Shown: one piece after another, positions 49,241-62,170 of the stretch
Position numbering within the stretch: position 1 is the first letter of the stretch
Layout of the letters: the number at the start of each line of letters is the position of its first letter
Source: Podarcis tiliguerta
Taxonomy: Eukaryota
Strand: one strand, 5' to 3'
Assembly (NCBI GenBank): GCA_965153285.1
Contig: OZ229113.1
Length of the DNA stretch: 64,000 nucleotides
Made by a program: the position numbers and the translations under genes
The notes under the pieces: model-generated
What the model saw: only the letters and a program-made list of their open reading frames with translations
Databases searched by the model: none
What the model was told of the DNA's origin: nothing

Positions 49241-50528
49241 ATTATACTGCATAGGATCATACTGTTACTCACTGGTAAAGGTGCATAGGTTTTATTTAAC
49301 ATATAGACAATAGCTCTTCAGAGAGTTGAATACGATATTGTAGAAGAGTAATTGTCAATGGTCCATGTGTTCAATATGTCCACAGGAAAACAGGTTCGTA
49401 TGATAGCACTGAGGTGATTTTGGAGTGCAGACTGTTTCTTGTTACTAAGGCCTGGGATTTTTACACTGTGATTGAAACCTCTTAAGGTTAGGAGCGGGGG
49501 AAATGAAACCTCTTCAACCCTCTCTAGTTTTCCAGCAACATTGGAGTAATCAATTATAAACAGCTGCACTGATAATATTTCACTTTATAAAAGATGCCTG
49601 GGCACCTCCAGTGAAATGTTTTTTAGACATTCTAGCCAGGCATCCTCATAACTCTTTAACATTTTGCTCGTATAAAACACACACACTGCAGTCCAGAAAC
49701 AATAAGAGGAGATGTAATGGAGTGGAACTGTATAGTTCTATTAATAAAATATAAGGCTTTTATTGTTATTGTGAGATTGATTGCAGAAAATCAATACTTT
49801 GCCACAGTATATTAATGCTTTTCTTATTTATTAAAATGGATGTTGAGCTGAACATATTCTCTAGCCACGCTGCTGGAAAATGGTCATAATTAAAACTGCT
49901 ACTGCAGATTGCAGAGCTCATCCTGCTAGATGCTGTTGGATTCCTATCAGCACTCCTTGCACTCAGCAAAAGCAGGATATTCTCGAAAGTACCTAGGGCT
50001 TAGTTCCTTGCCTCTAAAACACTGTCTTTCCAATAGAGCCAGCTGGGCTTCTTTGAAAATGTATTTTGCATAGTACATTATCTGCTGCAACATGTTTATT
50101 AGTGCATTAATGCATGAATAATTGTTTGAAATAGATACCTATTTTTTCTGGAAAGTTTCCATAGAGGAAATTGGATCTTTTTCTCCTTGTAGCAGACAAA
50201 CCTATTTGCACAGCACATTAGTGCCCAGCCTTAATAAAAACAAAGGTCCACTAGTGCTTTGCATTTTCACGCCAATTTTATGTTTCTATTTAATTTAAAA
50301 TATTTTTAAAATTATTTTAATTTAACAGAAGCTTTTTAACAGAAGCTTTAAGTTTTGAAGGATTTATTTAAAAAGTTAGCATTAAGCATATACGGTGCTT
50401 GTGGTTACTCAGAAATTTAAAAAATCCTCATGAAAATTCTTCTGCACTTTAGTGTGCATTTCCAGTAAGTTTTACTTTTTCCTAGAAAACCTGCAAAGAT
50501 GCAGCTGTTCAGAACAGAAGCACATTGT

Positions 50529-50586
50529 GCACATGTTTGTGTAACAGAGTATGATGCGCACATGTTTGTGTAACAGAGTATGATGC
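50529..50586. repeat. perfect 29-bp tandem duplication
   Basis: GCACATGTTTGTGTAACAGAGTATGATGC twice. Confidence 0.95.
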
Positions 50587-50654
50587 AAACATCTCATTGT
50601 AAAAGGCTAATGAGATTTCCAGTGCAATTCCTTGTTATTTCAGTGGGACTTGCT

Positions 50655-50940
50655 TATTTATTTAATAAAATTTATAAACTGCTTGATTGTTTAAAAAATG
50701 CCAAAGCGGTTTTCAAAATATAAAACTGTAATATCAATTTTAAAAATCTCAACCATACAAAATATAAAATACCAGAACAGATTAAAATGATCTCAATTTC
50801 CTAAGCAGCTGCATAGTCTTGTCTAAACAAGAATGATTTTAGCAGGCGCCAACAAGAGTATGGTGAAAGGGCTTGCTTAATCTCAATAAGCAGGGAGTTC
50901 CAAAGTGTAGGGGCTGCGACACTAAACAATCGTGCTATTA
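50655..50940 (-). mobile_element. L2 LINE 3' end
   Basis: RLFSVAAPTLWNSL..IKQA..LKSFLF in the ORF track. Confidence 0.72.
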
Positions 50941-51096
50941 TAAATGTGGAACAAATGCAGAGGATAGTGGCTATCCTCATAAAAAGTTTCCCAAAGCAAT
51001 TTACAAAGACAATATAAACACTAAAGCCAATCACAACAAACGCAACCAATAAAAACCTTCTAAAAATTCCATACAAATGGAAGACAGAGTGTAAAC

Positions 51097-51334
51097 CAGG
51101 GGTCGGCAAGGTTTATCTTGCCTGGGCCGGATCGGTCCCATGGGCCGGACTGTGTGCGTGAGGGAGCGTGCACGCAATTTTGATTTCTGGCGCTGTGGAA
51201 GCGAGTCCCCACGCCATGCTGCGCCAGTTTAGCACAGCGCGTGAGTGGGCACTTCAGTTCAGGGTGGCTCATGGGCTGGTAAATGACCTCTGTGAGCCAC
51301 TTCCGACCCATGGGCTTTAGGTTGCTGACCCCTG
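51097..51334. mobile_element. hAT (Charlie-like) MITE
   Basis: TIRs CAGGGGTCGGCAA / TTGCTGACCCCTG; perfect 8-bp TSD GTGTAAAC. Confidence 0.92.
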
Positions 51335-53987
51335 GTGTAAACCAACAGCCCTAAGCCACTGAATCAGTGATCCTATGAATGCTTAGTCAGAAAGAAGTAA
51401 GTCCCAAAGGGTTGTCTCCAGGAGTGTCTGTGTACAAGTGGGACAGATTTCCACTTGTACAACAGGACTTCATATTCCACTCTTCCCGTCTGAAGTCTCC
51501 CACACCCCCTCAAAAACTGCACTGGGGAGTGGGGTGGGATTTGATGCTTAGTGTTTAATGGAACTTACTTCAAAGTACCGGTAAGCCTGAATAGGATAGC
51601 AACTGCATATACTCAACAAGCTTGTTTTCTCTTCTTCCAGAAAAAGAACAAGAACCTATTTGCATAGTTGTTGTTTTTCTGTAACAGAATGACACTTACA
51701 ACAAAAGAGGACATTATGGAACAATTGACCTTTCCGCAACACTGTAATGTGAATCTAAACACCAGCTAGTACTACACAGCCCAACATATTGAAATAGATA
51801 GTTTATTCCAGGAATCCACCCCCACCCCCTTTTAAAAAGTAAATTAGCAATAAATCAATAAAAGCTATGTAATGTGAAAATGAATTACATTGCTGTTTAC
51901 ATTATTTAACACCAAACATTGCTGTTTCGTGTGTTTGCAATTAGCGAGCTATAAAAAATAATGCCATAACTATGAACGTAATGAGGAAAACTGTTTATAA
52001 ATGATCATTGGTATTCAGTCCTACTGAGATGAAAATTATACGAACGAATGCAGCAGAAAAAAAGGGAGTTAAGGCTAAGGCCAAAAAGCTCTGCAGGTCT
52101 CCTCTTCAGCTGGCAAGGAGGATGGGGGACTGAAGAATCACCTACTTCAAGAATCTGTGGGTATCACTGCAGTCTGAATATGGGGAAATTTCCATGGGCC
52201 ATAGAAACTGCTTCCACCATACCTGCCTGGGTGGGGGAGGGGTGCCAGAGGTGGCATCCCTATGGAGGTTGAGGAATGGGCGTGGGATGCGAGGAGAGGG
52301 AAAGAACATAGAATAATGGAAGGAGAGCATCCGGGAAAAGCCAGGAAGGGGAGACAAGTCGTTGCCCTTTTCCCCAAGCTAGAAAAACACTGAACATTTA
52401 TCTGATGATGGAATACTTGCCATTAACGAGAACCCCAAAAGCCACAGGTAGTATTATCCTGTTTCGGAGTAATTTTCACCCTGGCTCATGCACTATTAAG
52501 GATATCTGGAAATTCTAGCATAGTCATTTATCAGTTACTACGACGGGGAAAAGACCTCAGCCCATTTCTCCGTGGCTATAAAAAAAGCCCCTAAGAGTGT
52601 TCGCTTCATATGTTTAAAAGGTTATAACAATTAATAACCTATTAATCAGCTCTTGTTCTATCATTACTGAATAATTATAAAGGTTTTAGTGAACAGAACA
52701 AATTTTATTATTTTACGATGAATGCACCTTTGGGCTTGGATGGCGGTGGGGGAGGGGAGAATCCTGTACTCTGCCTGAGCGTTAAGAGCTTTTCTAATTA
52801 AATGAATCATAAATCACTGAATAGATGGAGTTCTCTGAACATAAAGAAAAATGTAATCATTTGAGAAATCGTATCAATATTGTCCATAATCTGCAACACG
52901 GATAAGACCACAGATATTTCCAAAGCCATCTGGAAATATTAAGAATGGACCTAGGCTACGGCCACGAATTCATAATAAAGAAACTATTACATAAGATTTA
53001 TTTGGGGTGCTGACCTTAAATACTTTTACACCTGAACAAAAAGTCAATGCTCTCTCTCTCTCTCTCCCCCTCTGATCTGCGCTTGAGTTCATTGCACAAA
53101 GGAGGCTGGAGATGAGGCCTTCTGATACCTGCTCCTAAATATCTGTTTGTAGTTGTAGTTGTCACTGCTGGCCTGCACAATGGAATTAGAAGTTCCTTTC
53201 CCTCTCATGCTGAGCACTGGATGGTGAATAGTGAGACCAAAGCTTTTCACCGAAGCATCCAGGGACCTGCAGTTCAGCCTGAATGGTATAGACATAAGGT
53301 AAAGGAAGAAAGACATACTAGATAGCATTACTCTGTAGGGGATTTTGTTGTTTGATCAATTAGAAGATCCCTTGAACTGGGCACCAAATGTTGTCTTTCC
53401 TGAGCCCGGTCAGGAACAGGTTAAGGTAGTCAATCACCCTTTTGAGTAGAGGAATCTGGACACCTAGCCAGAACCTGTCTTATTGGGGGCTTATGGGCAA
53501 GTTTGTGACTTTGGGAGGCCAAGAGAATGCCCATAGCGTGTCCACTAATGTGCCATCACTGGAAGTAGTGACTTACTTTTAACGCCTTGGCTTAAAAAAA
53601 TAAAACTAATTACGCTTAGTGCGAGTGCCCAATTACTTGGAAATGGGAGTAGAGACATCCATCTGGTCCACTCTACATTCTGGCGAGGGGGAGTGTTAAT
53701 TTGATGTCTGCTAGTCCACAAATCCTCTTAATGGCCTTGACCCTACTTGGATCTGAATGAAGCAAAATAACAAATCCTAGGTTGAATGGAATCAAAACTT
53801 GGTGTGGCTATTTAATGCATTTTGTTTGGTTTTATTGTTGCGCGTACTGTATTGTTGTTAGCTGCTTTGAGTTTCTTTTGTGTGTGGTGGGGGAACAGCA
53901 AAGCAGAAGCATAAATAAAAAAGTAATATGTTTAGAGAATTGGAAGAACTTATAGGGGTGAATATTTGCTTAATATTTTCTCACACT

Positions 53988-54296
53988 AGGGACATAGGAT
54001 GCTGCTGCCTTATACAGAGTAAGACCATAGGCAAACTCTGGCCCTGCAGATGTTTGGGACTACAATTCCCATCATCCCTAGCTAACAGGACCAGTGGTCA
54101 GGGATGATAGGAATTGTAGTCCCAAACATCTGGAGGGCTGGAGTTTGCCTATGCCTGCCATAGATCCATGTAGCTCAGTACTATCTACAATGACTGACAG
54201 CAGCATTCCAGGATTTCATGGAGAACATGAAGATCGAACCTGGAACCTTTTGCCAGCAAAGCAGATCCTCTACCACTGAGCTATGACCCTTTCCCC
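53988..54296 (-). mobile_element. tRNA-derived SINE (Squam2-like) interrupted by a MITE
   Basis: Minus-strand head GGGTCATAGCTCAGTGGTAGAG..GGTTCGATC; tail TAAGGCAGC..CCTATGTCCCTA. Confidence 0.7.
54026..54157. mobile_element. palindromic hAT MITE
   Basis: CATAGGCAAACTC..GGGACTACAATTCCCATC / GGAATTGTAGTCCC..GAGTTTGCCTATGCCTG. Confidence 0.85.
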
Positions 54297-56139
54297 AAAC
54301 ATTTGAATAGCTACTTTGAGATTGGCTCAGTCTCCATAGCCCAAGGGTTACTGCAAAACAAAGAACGAAACCTCAGCTAATCTTGATGATCATATGCGTT
54401 TTGATGGTGTTCAACATCCTCAGCTGCAGCTTCATTTCGACCCCATTTTCCTCCTCCTTCACTCTCATTTCCCTAGCCTTACTTTCTGCCCTCACTTTCT
54501 TTAATCTGATTGGCTGAGGTGCTGTGTATGCTTTTCTTTACGAGCATTTATGTTGCCACCATGTCAAATGTGGCCTCCTGATGTCTTTGAATAAAATCCA
54601 CATGGTTCGCCACAACCAGATGAAATGGCCGTGGGGGCAAAGAAGGAAAAATAGAAGGGATGTAGATGAGCAACAAATGAAAGCAAATATATTCATATGG
54701 AGTGCTGTTTTATATATAAAAAAATATATGTAAATGCCTTTAGAAATTCACAAAAACAGACATGAAGGTTAATATCCTATGCAATGATCTCTGGTTCCAC
54801 GTGCATACAAGGGTGCAACACAGAACCCTTTTTGGAAAAGAACTGCAACATTTATGCATTGGCTTTGACCCTTAATTGATTAACCTTAATAGAAAATATT
54901 TCACATCAAGCTGCATAAATCATAGAAACATTGCTACACCATGTTGAAAAGGGGGTAGAGTGTGTGTGTGTCTGGAAAAACACAGAATTTGTTCATTGAT
55001 ATCTTATACATTGAATAGGAATATACACTGACATGTGTGAGGTTGTTCATGTATTTGGAAAAGAAAATTAAACCAGTGATCTCTCTGTCAGAGCAACCAG
55101 TGCAGAAAGAGATTGAAACAAACTTGCATTACGAATAAGCAGTACAATTGCTCTTGGGGAAAAATCAGTCTTGCTGTTTCACTGTAGCTGTTTGTATTGT
55201 CATCCAAACTCGTTAAAGAAAGTCAGGACTGACTATGGAAGGAAAAGTGTAAGATCAAACACATCATTTCATAATGAATAAACTAAAGCTGTGTGGCATT
55301 TGCTGTTCCACACTTCTATGGAAAGCTTACACTGAAGTATTTTCTTACCACATGCAAATGCAATTTCTGATTGCTTTCATCCTCCAGAGCTCTGACTCAT
55401 GCACTGATGGAACTACAGAACTATTTTTGGGCAGCAGGAAACTCAGGAAACAAATGTGTATGCACGCAACATTTATACTGTGTGGCTATACTGTATGGAA
55501 ACATCAGGTTGTTTGCAGAATACTGAAGAAGCAATTAGATAATGAGGTGTAATGCACCCAAACATACTAACATTTTATCTTCAGATGCAGTTCGAATGTG
55601 CATGACGTTGTGAAATGCTTTTTGCGTTTATAAACAAATGTATAAGTGTATATGTTATTTGTTTAAGTGTGCACAAAGCTTTTGGGGGGACATGGTGGGT
55701 CATGAATGGTAAAATACCTGACACCCTATTTGGACAGAATATGAAAACGTTGGGTGAATGTGGAATTTAAAAGGTATAATACAACTAAAATATATCCACA
55801 ACAATGGACTCAAGTTTCCAAATCTTATCGAGTATGTGCAGACCATATAGATTGTGTTTCTCTTCCCCAGTAATTCATCACAACCAGTTTCTCTCTCCAA
55901 CATATCCAAAATGGGGAAGAGTTTCCACATTAGTTAGGATAAATTCTAAGCAGGTAAAGGGTTATCAACTCTCTCTGAAGTGTCTTTGACTTTCTAAGAT
56001 GTAATCACAACCCTAACAGTTTGGGTCCAGTTTATTTGCAGGATCACCTTACCCCATACATACCTACTCAGCCGCTTCAATCTGCAGATCTGGCCCTGCT
56101 ACAGCTGCCGCATAATACTCATAACACATGTGTAAGGAT

Positions 56140-56790
56140 TCAATCTCTTAGTGTGGCAGCACTAACTTTGGAACTCCTAGCCTATTGTCCTTAGGCAGGT
56201 TCCTTTGCTGTATTCTTTTTGCTGTCTGCTTAAGACATTTTTGTTTAGGCAAACCTATCCAGGCATGTAGGGATGCGGGTGGCGCTGTGGGTTAAAGCCT
56301 CAGTGCCTAGGGCTTGCCGATCGAAAGGTCGGCGGTTTGAATCCCCGCAGCGGGGTGCGCTCCCGTTGTTCGGTCCCAGCGCCTGCTAACCTAGCAGTTC
56401 GAAAGCACCCCCGGGTGCAAGTAGATAAATAGGGACCGCTTACTAGCGGGAAGGTAAACGGCGTTTCCGTGTGCGGCTCTGGCTCGCCAGAGCAGCGATG
56501 TCACGCTGGCCACGTGACCCGGAAGTGTCTCCAGACAGCGCTGGCCCCCGGCCTCTTTGAGTGAGATGGGCACACAACCCTAGAGTCTGGCAAGACTGGC
56601 CCGTACGGGCAGGGGTACCTTTACCTTTACCTTTATCCAGGCATGTAGAAGTGTTTTAATGTCTTTTTAGCTTTTAGCTTTTTTAGCTTTTCGTTTTTAA
56701 AAATCTGGGGTTTGTTTGTTTTTTTAATTCTTCAATAACGCTAATGTGTTACTTTATATTTTTGTAAACAACTGAGAGGTTTTCTTACAA
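56140..56790 (+). mobile_element. L2 3' fragment split by a SINE
   Basis: SVAAL..WNS..RQ..LLKTFLFRQ motif; sequence continues after the SINE TSD. Confidence 0.55.
56270..56633 (+). mobile_element. Sauria SINE, full length
   Basis: Canonical head and tail; 15-bp TSD TATCCAGGCATGTAG. Confidence 0.96.
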
Positions 56791-56826
56791 ACACACTCAA
56801 TGGGGAGCAGCAGCATTTGTTTTAAT

Positions 56827-57166
56827 TGGCACTGTGGGTTAAACCACAGAGCCTAGGACTTGCAAATCAGAAGGTCGGCGGTTCAAATCCCCGCGACGGG
56901 GTGAGCTCCCGTTTCTCGGTCCTTGCTCCTGCCAACCTAGCAGTTCAAAAGCATGTCAAAGTGCAAGTAGATAAATAGGTACCGCTCTGGCGGGAAGGTA
57001 AACGGTGTTTCTGTGAGCTGCTCTGGTTCGCCAGAAGCGGCTTAGTCATGCTGGCCACATGACCCGGAAGCTGTACGCTGGTTCCCTCGGCCAATAAAGC
57101 GAGATGAGCGCCGCAACCCCAGAGTCACTCACGATTGGACCTAATGGTCAGGGGTCCCTTTACCTT
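56827..57166 (+). mobile_element. Sauria SINE (second subfamily), nearly full length
   Basis: TGGCACTGTGGGTTAAACC..GGACCTAATGGTCAGGGGTCCCTTTACCTT. Confidence 0.92.
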
Positions 57167-57832
57167 ATATTTCAAGCGGAGTGAAGCGGAGTGTAAGGAG
57201 TCTTTCTTTATTTTAAAAAATGCTTTTGTGCATCCGCATCTAAACTTGCCCCTTTCTAAAAAAAATTTTTTTTGTTGCGTGCTTTTATTTTGCAAATCTG
57301 CCAAGGAATAAAATAAAATCAGGATTAAGGGGTTTTCTAATGGATGGTGGAGGGTGTGTGCGCTGTGTCCTATTTCTCACCCTTCTTCTGATGGGGAATG
57401 GTCTGCAGTCACAAAAAATGGGGGGGGTTGCAGAGGGTCAGTTGTGTGGGGGGGTGAGAAATGTCCCTATTTTCATCTGATGAACGTTGGAGGGTATGCA
57501 GGGTGTGGGTGGGTGTGTGTGTGTGAGAGAGAGAGGGAGGGAGGGAGGGAGGGAGGGAGAGGGAGAATCAGACAATCAGACACTCTTGCGGGTCTCTCCC
57601 CAGAAAGTGACATGCCCATGGCCCAGGTATTAAGCAATTTATTAGCGCTTCACCATCTCAATAGTGTATGAGTGAGTTAAAGGTGACACTGTCTGGAATG
57701 CTTTCTTATTTTGAGATGAAATAAATCCAAATTGAGCTAATTTGTGTACAGCTGCCAGTAATATAAACATAGCTGGTTAGAATTATTTATATAGCACGAG
57801 CCTTTGTACTCCATACTTCAGGCAAGTTAATA

Positions 57833-57996
57833 NNNNNNNNNNNNNNNNNNNNNNNNNNNNNNNNNNNNNNNNNNNNNNNNNNNNNNNNNNNNNNNNNNNN
57901 NNNNNNNNNNNNNNNNNNNNNNNNNNNNNNNNNNNNNNNNNNNNNNNNNNNNNNNNNNNNNNNNNNNNNNNNNNNNNNNNNNNNNNNNNNNNNNNN
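57833..57996. other. assembly gap (164 N)
   Basis: Run of N. Confidence 1.
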
Positions 57997-60900
57997 GAAG
58001 TATGTTTTGTTCTCCACCAGTGTCATTCATCATCCTAATGAGCCCTCGAAATGTAAATTAAATAGCAAAGTCTGATTCATTCAAAAACATCTTTGTATGT
58101 GTTAAATCATTTTTCTGCATTTTTTCCCCATTTCTGCATCTGCTGAACAAACTCCTCACCATTTGTATATTTTATGGGCCCAGTTCAGGCCATGCAAATG
58201 TTTTGCCAATAGCGCTTACTTTTATATCCCACCTTTCCTTCATAATGGAACTCAAGGTAGCATACATATTGTTCCCAAGGAGGCTTACAATCCAGGTCTT
58301 ATTCAGTTGCTTTTAGCGCAATTATAAATTGAAAATAATGATACGCAGAAATTTGTATTTGACCTGAAATACAAATTTGCATTTAACTGGCATTGCTTTG
58401 GTAAAAACAAAAAACAAAACCATTCTGATTGTGAAAGGATTAGCAGATGTTTCTGGCTTCTCCATTTTACCTAGATACATAGATTATCCACAAAACAAAC
58501 ACCACTATTAAAAGGGGAGGGAGAGGATTAAAAATTAATCCAGTTCAAGCTTTCTTACTATCTGCTGCCATGAAATTTACACATTCTAATCACAAGGACA
58601 GAAGTAAGTTCCATATTTTAACTTTAATTAATGTGCATGCATGAACTTATACACAAACACATGTACAATATCTTATCTGGAGGCAGACTGGGAAGAGTGG
58701 GTGGGAATTAAATGCATTTATCATGTATCTGATGTGGGGGTGAATCCTAGGGGTTGTCCAGATTGGCCCCCACCAAATTCCGGGGACTGCAAAACTCACT
58801 CCTCTCTGTTTTTGCTAGGTGTGACTAGGAGCTTGCTTGCCCGCCCTCCCATCTCCTGGGGCACCAATACAGTTCCTTGCCTATGGAACAAAGGAGCTTT
58901 GGTACACCTCTGATCAGATGTGTTAGAAAGATGCAATGGCTGTTCCAAAATGTTTAAGAAAAAAATACAGAAAAATGATCATCCAAAGGAGGTTTTTGTG
59001 TTTTTCAGTTCCATTAAAATCCATGGGACTTAACGCTTCATCTGCCTGCTTACCTCTCACTGGGGAGGTTAAGTGAACCCACCCATGCATTCAAGGAATG
59101 TGTGAAGGTGGTTGTGGAGGCTACCCACCCCGAATCTGCCAACAAATATGGTGCAATAGCGTCTACAAGCAATTTACGTGCATAGAGATTTTTCACATTT
59201 GGGTGAACTCTGATTGGGGCAGGAACCTCCCTCCCCATCTTTATGTGCATGTATCATTCCATGTACAAAGCCCTTTCACAAACATAATCTGGATGATGGT
59301 AAGGCTACTGGGCACATCATAATAAAATCAATGGGACACACACACACCACTGAACACTCCTTGGGCCTCATATTGATTTCAATGTTTCTTAAGCATACCT
59401 ACTTTCTTCTGAATTGTGCCCATGATGAAAAGAAGACCATGAGAACCTCATGATTACAAATACGTGTAGCACAAAACCATGAGGTTTGCAGTGAATTGTC
59501 AGTGATAGAGGGGAACTGCCAGATGACATGGTGGTTAAAGAAAAAAGATGATTCCGCCTTTCATAACATTGTAACATGAACAATTATGACCGGCTTCTGT
59601 CCCCAGTCCCGAATGTCCCGATGTTGGTGCCCCGTGCTGGTCACGCCAGGGTGAGGGACCAAAAGATGGGAAGCTGCGCAGGCTAGGCATAGCCTGCCAG
59701 AAGGTTGGCCTGGCACACACTGCTTCTCCCGACATGGCGCAGGCCGGGTGCTGCAGAGGAGAACAACTGGAGAAAGGTAGGTGGGATGGGGGAGGAGGAA
59801 GGAGAGGGCAAGTGGGTGAGCCAGAGACGGGGCGAGGGATGGGGTTAGCAGGGTGAAGGTTGGGTGCCCTGAACTGCCCTCCCAAAATGTTGGGGGGGTA
59901 TGGGATAGATGAGAGCAGGAACTGGTATCTGCATGGCACCACAATATTTTTTCAGCTGATGGCCCTCGTGGTGGGAAGGCACAGCAAAAGCATTGGGCCA
60001 GCTCTTAAAATACCACATTTTCCTTTACTATTTCTTCTGCTGTTTTGGGTGTGTGTGTTTTGTAAAATACTATTGCAGTTAATATATCCATAACCTAATA
60101 ACATTTTTTCCAGACTATTGTTGATATGAGACTGATATAGTTCAGTGAGTTGTTATTTGTTTGTTTGTATTTCTGTTCTAACTTATCAGGTGTTGTCTTT
60201 GTCTATGCCATCAACAATGGTACATCAAACTGTATTTTAAGTAAAGCTGTCATTTTAAAAGCCTGCGTCTTTTCAGCAAGGTGTCAGGGATGCTATACTG
60301 GGGTGCGTCTCTGCCCAAGAGGCTAATGAAGCCTGAACAATGAAGCAAACAAGACAGTTAATCAATAGCAGTCAGAGCACTACTTTTATCCTCCAACATC
60401 TTCATTTTCAACTCAGTGAACATCATTACAGCAGGGAACCAGGAGAGTCAATCTCCATTAGGTGCAGGCAATGGATAAATAAATTAATTTGACGGTCATA
60501 AAAATGATGGCGCTGCATTGTGTCTTTTGACCTCTTAAAAACATTACTCCTTGTGTTAAAGACAATTTTCAAGAAGAAAGGAGGGAAGCAGCAGCACACT
60601 TCATTGCTTATAAGTTTTCAGCAAACAGAGCCAAATATGATCATGTATTGTTAAAGTATATCTCATCTGATTGTTTTGTCTAAAAGAAGCACATGCTGTA
60701 TAGTAAGGGTGGCCCTCCAGATGCTGTTGGACTACAATTCCCATCACCCACTGGCCAAGCTGGTTAGGACTGATGGGAGGTCTTGTTGGTGTTGTTGCTA
60801 TTTTTTAAAAAAAACAACAACAACCCAATCTATAAACCACTTACGAGCCAAAACATATTCAAGCAATGTAAAATAAGATAAAGTGAAAAAAATGGACATG

Positions 60901-61124
60901 TTTTTTTCTCCACTGCTAGTATTTCACAAACATATGTGCTAGGTTTATCCTTCCAATAATACACAAATTTCCAGGACACACAGGGCAATTCTATATCTCT
61001 TTACTGCTGCAAGATATAAATCCTGATATAACATATTCAGTTGCCAGATATTGTGCTGCTATGATTGACATATGTCGGAGGAGGGTATGTGCCACACAGT
61101 GGGTCTAAAACTGACTGTCTAATT

Positions 61125-61295
61125 TACATGTTTTATGTGTTTTTATCTTATGCTGGTCTACTGTAACTGAGAGAATGATTATGTGCACCCTCTATTTCTG
61201 CAGTTGCATTATTGCCTATCTAGCATGTTTTATTTATGTATAGACGTGCTTTTACCTTATGCTGGTCTATGACAGTAATGAAGATTTGGATTGGA
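61125..61295 (+). mobile_element. two degraded RTE-X-like 3' tails
   Basis: CTTATGCTGGTCTA twice (about 61147 and 61256); the second is followed by TGACAGTAATGAAG and GATTGG repeats. Confidence 0.5.
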
Positions 61296-62064
61296 GATAA
61301 AATACAATAGCTACAGGCTTTAAAAACGATCAAACAATTTCCACAATTATGTGGGCAATATTTCAATTCTATTCCCAAGCTGGAGTCCAACAACATCTGG
61401 AGGGACAAAGGTTAGCCACCCCTGGCGTATGTTATTTTATAGTATAATAAGTCAGTTCCCTAACCTCCATCGTTTGGTCATGCTCTGCTTCCATGCACCA
61501 TCTCCAGCGGAAGAAATGAACACAAGAGATACCAGTATGAATAGGTGATGGAAGAGCTTCTGAAGAAAGAGCAACGGATGGCAGTGCCCTCTCTACACAG
61601 ATTTTCTCCTTCCTAAGGAATTAACAGCATTGCAGCGGAAAGGAAACTCTCAGCTCCAATAGTACTGCTGCCACCTATGCAGATCCTAAAACAAGGAAGC
61701 ATGCGCCTTCTCTCTGCACAGGTTAGAATTACTCTTTCCACCTGGCTGCTCTTCACAAATAGGTCCCTGCTTCCTCTTCCAGAGCTATATTTTAAAAAAT
61801 AACATTTTGGCTGATTTTGATGACCAAGGACAAGATCACTTGGGGCGCAACTGTAGGGGGAAGGAACTGTAGCAAGAGGGCACAAAATAAAATATTTTGA
61901 AACACTCGTGCCACTATGAGGCGATACCAAGTTCCAGCAGAATAAAGATGAGCCAAGACCATCTCTAATTTGTCATTACTGCCACCACCCAATAACAGAC
62001 ACCTAGGCTGCAATCCAAACCTCTCCAGCTGTGGGTGTGCATTTGATTCAGTTAGGTATGTCGG

Positions 62065-62170
62065 GGAAATCCAAGCTGAAATTGGTCTCGTCCGCTCAAT
62101 CTGCTGGAGCCTTGTCTTCGCATGCAGAGGAAGTCCCTAACTCACCGAGGGTTTGAGACCCACCGGCATT
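62065..62170 (-). mobile_element. RTE-related retroposon 5'-region fragment
   Basis: CpG-rich GGGTCTCAAACCCTCGGTGAGTTAGGG..GAGACCAAT; family assignment from recall only. Confidence 0.45.

Noticed and set aside
57787-58033. ORFs containing long X runs
   Set aside because: Artefact of the N gap
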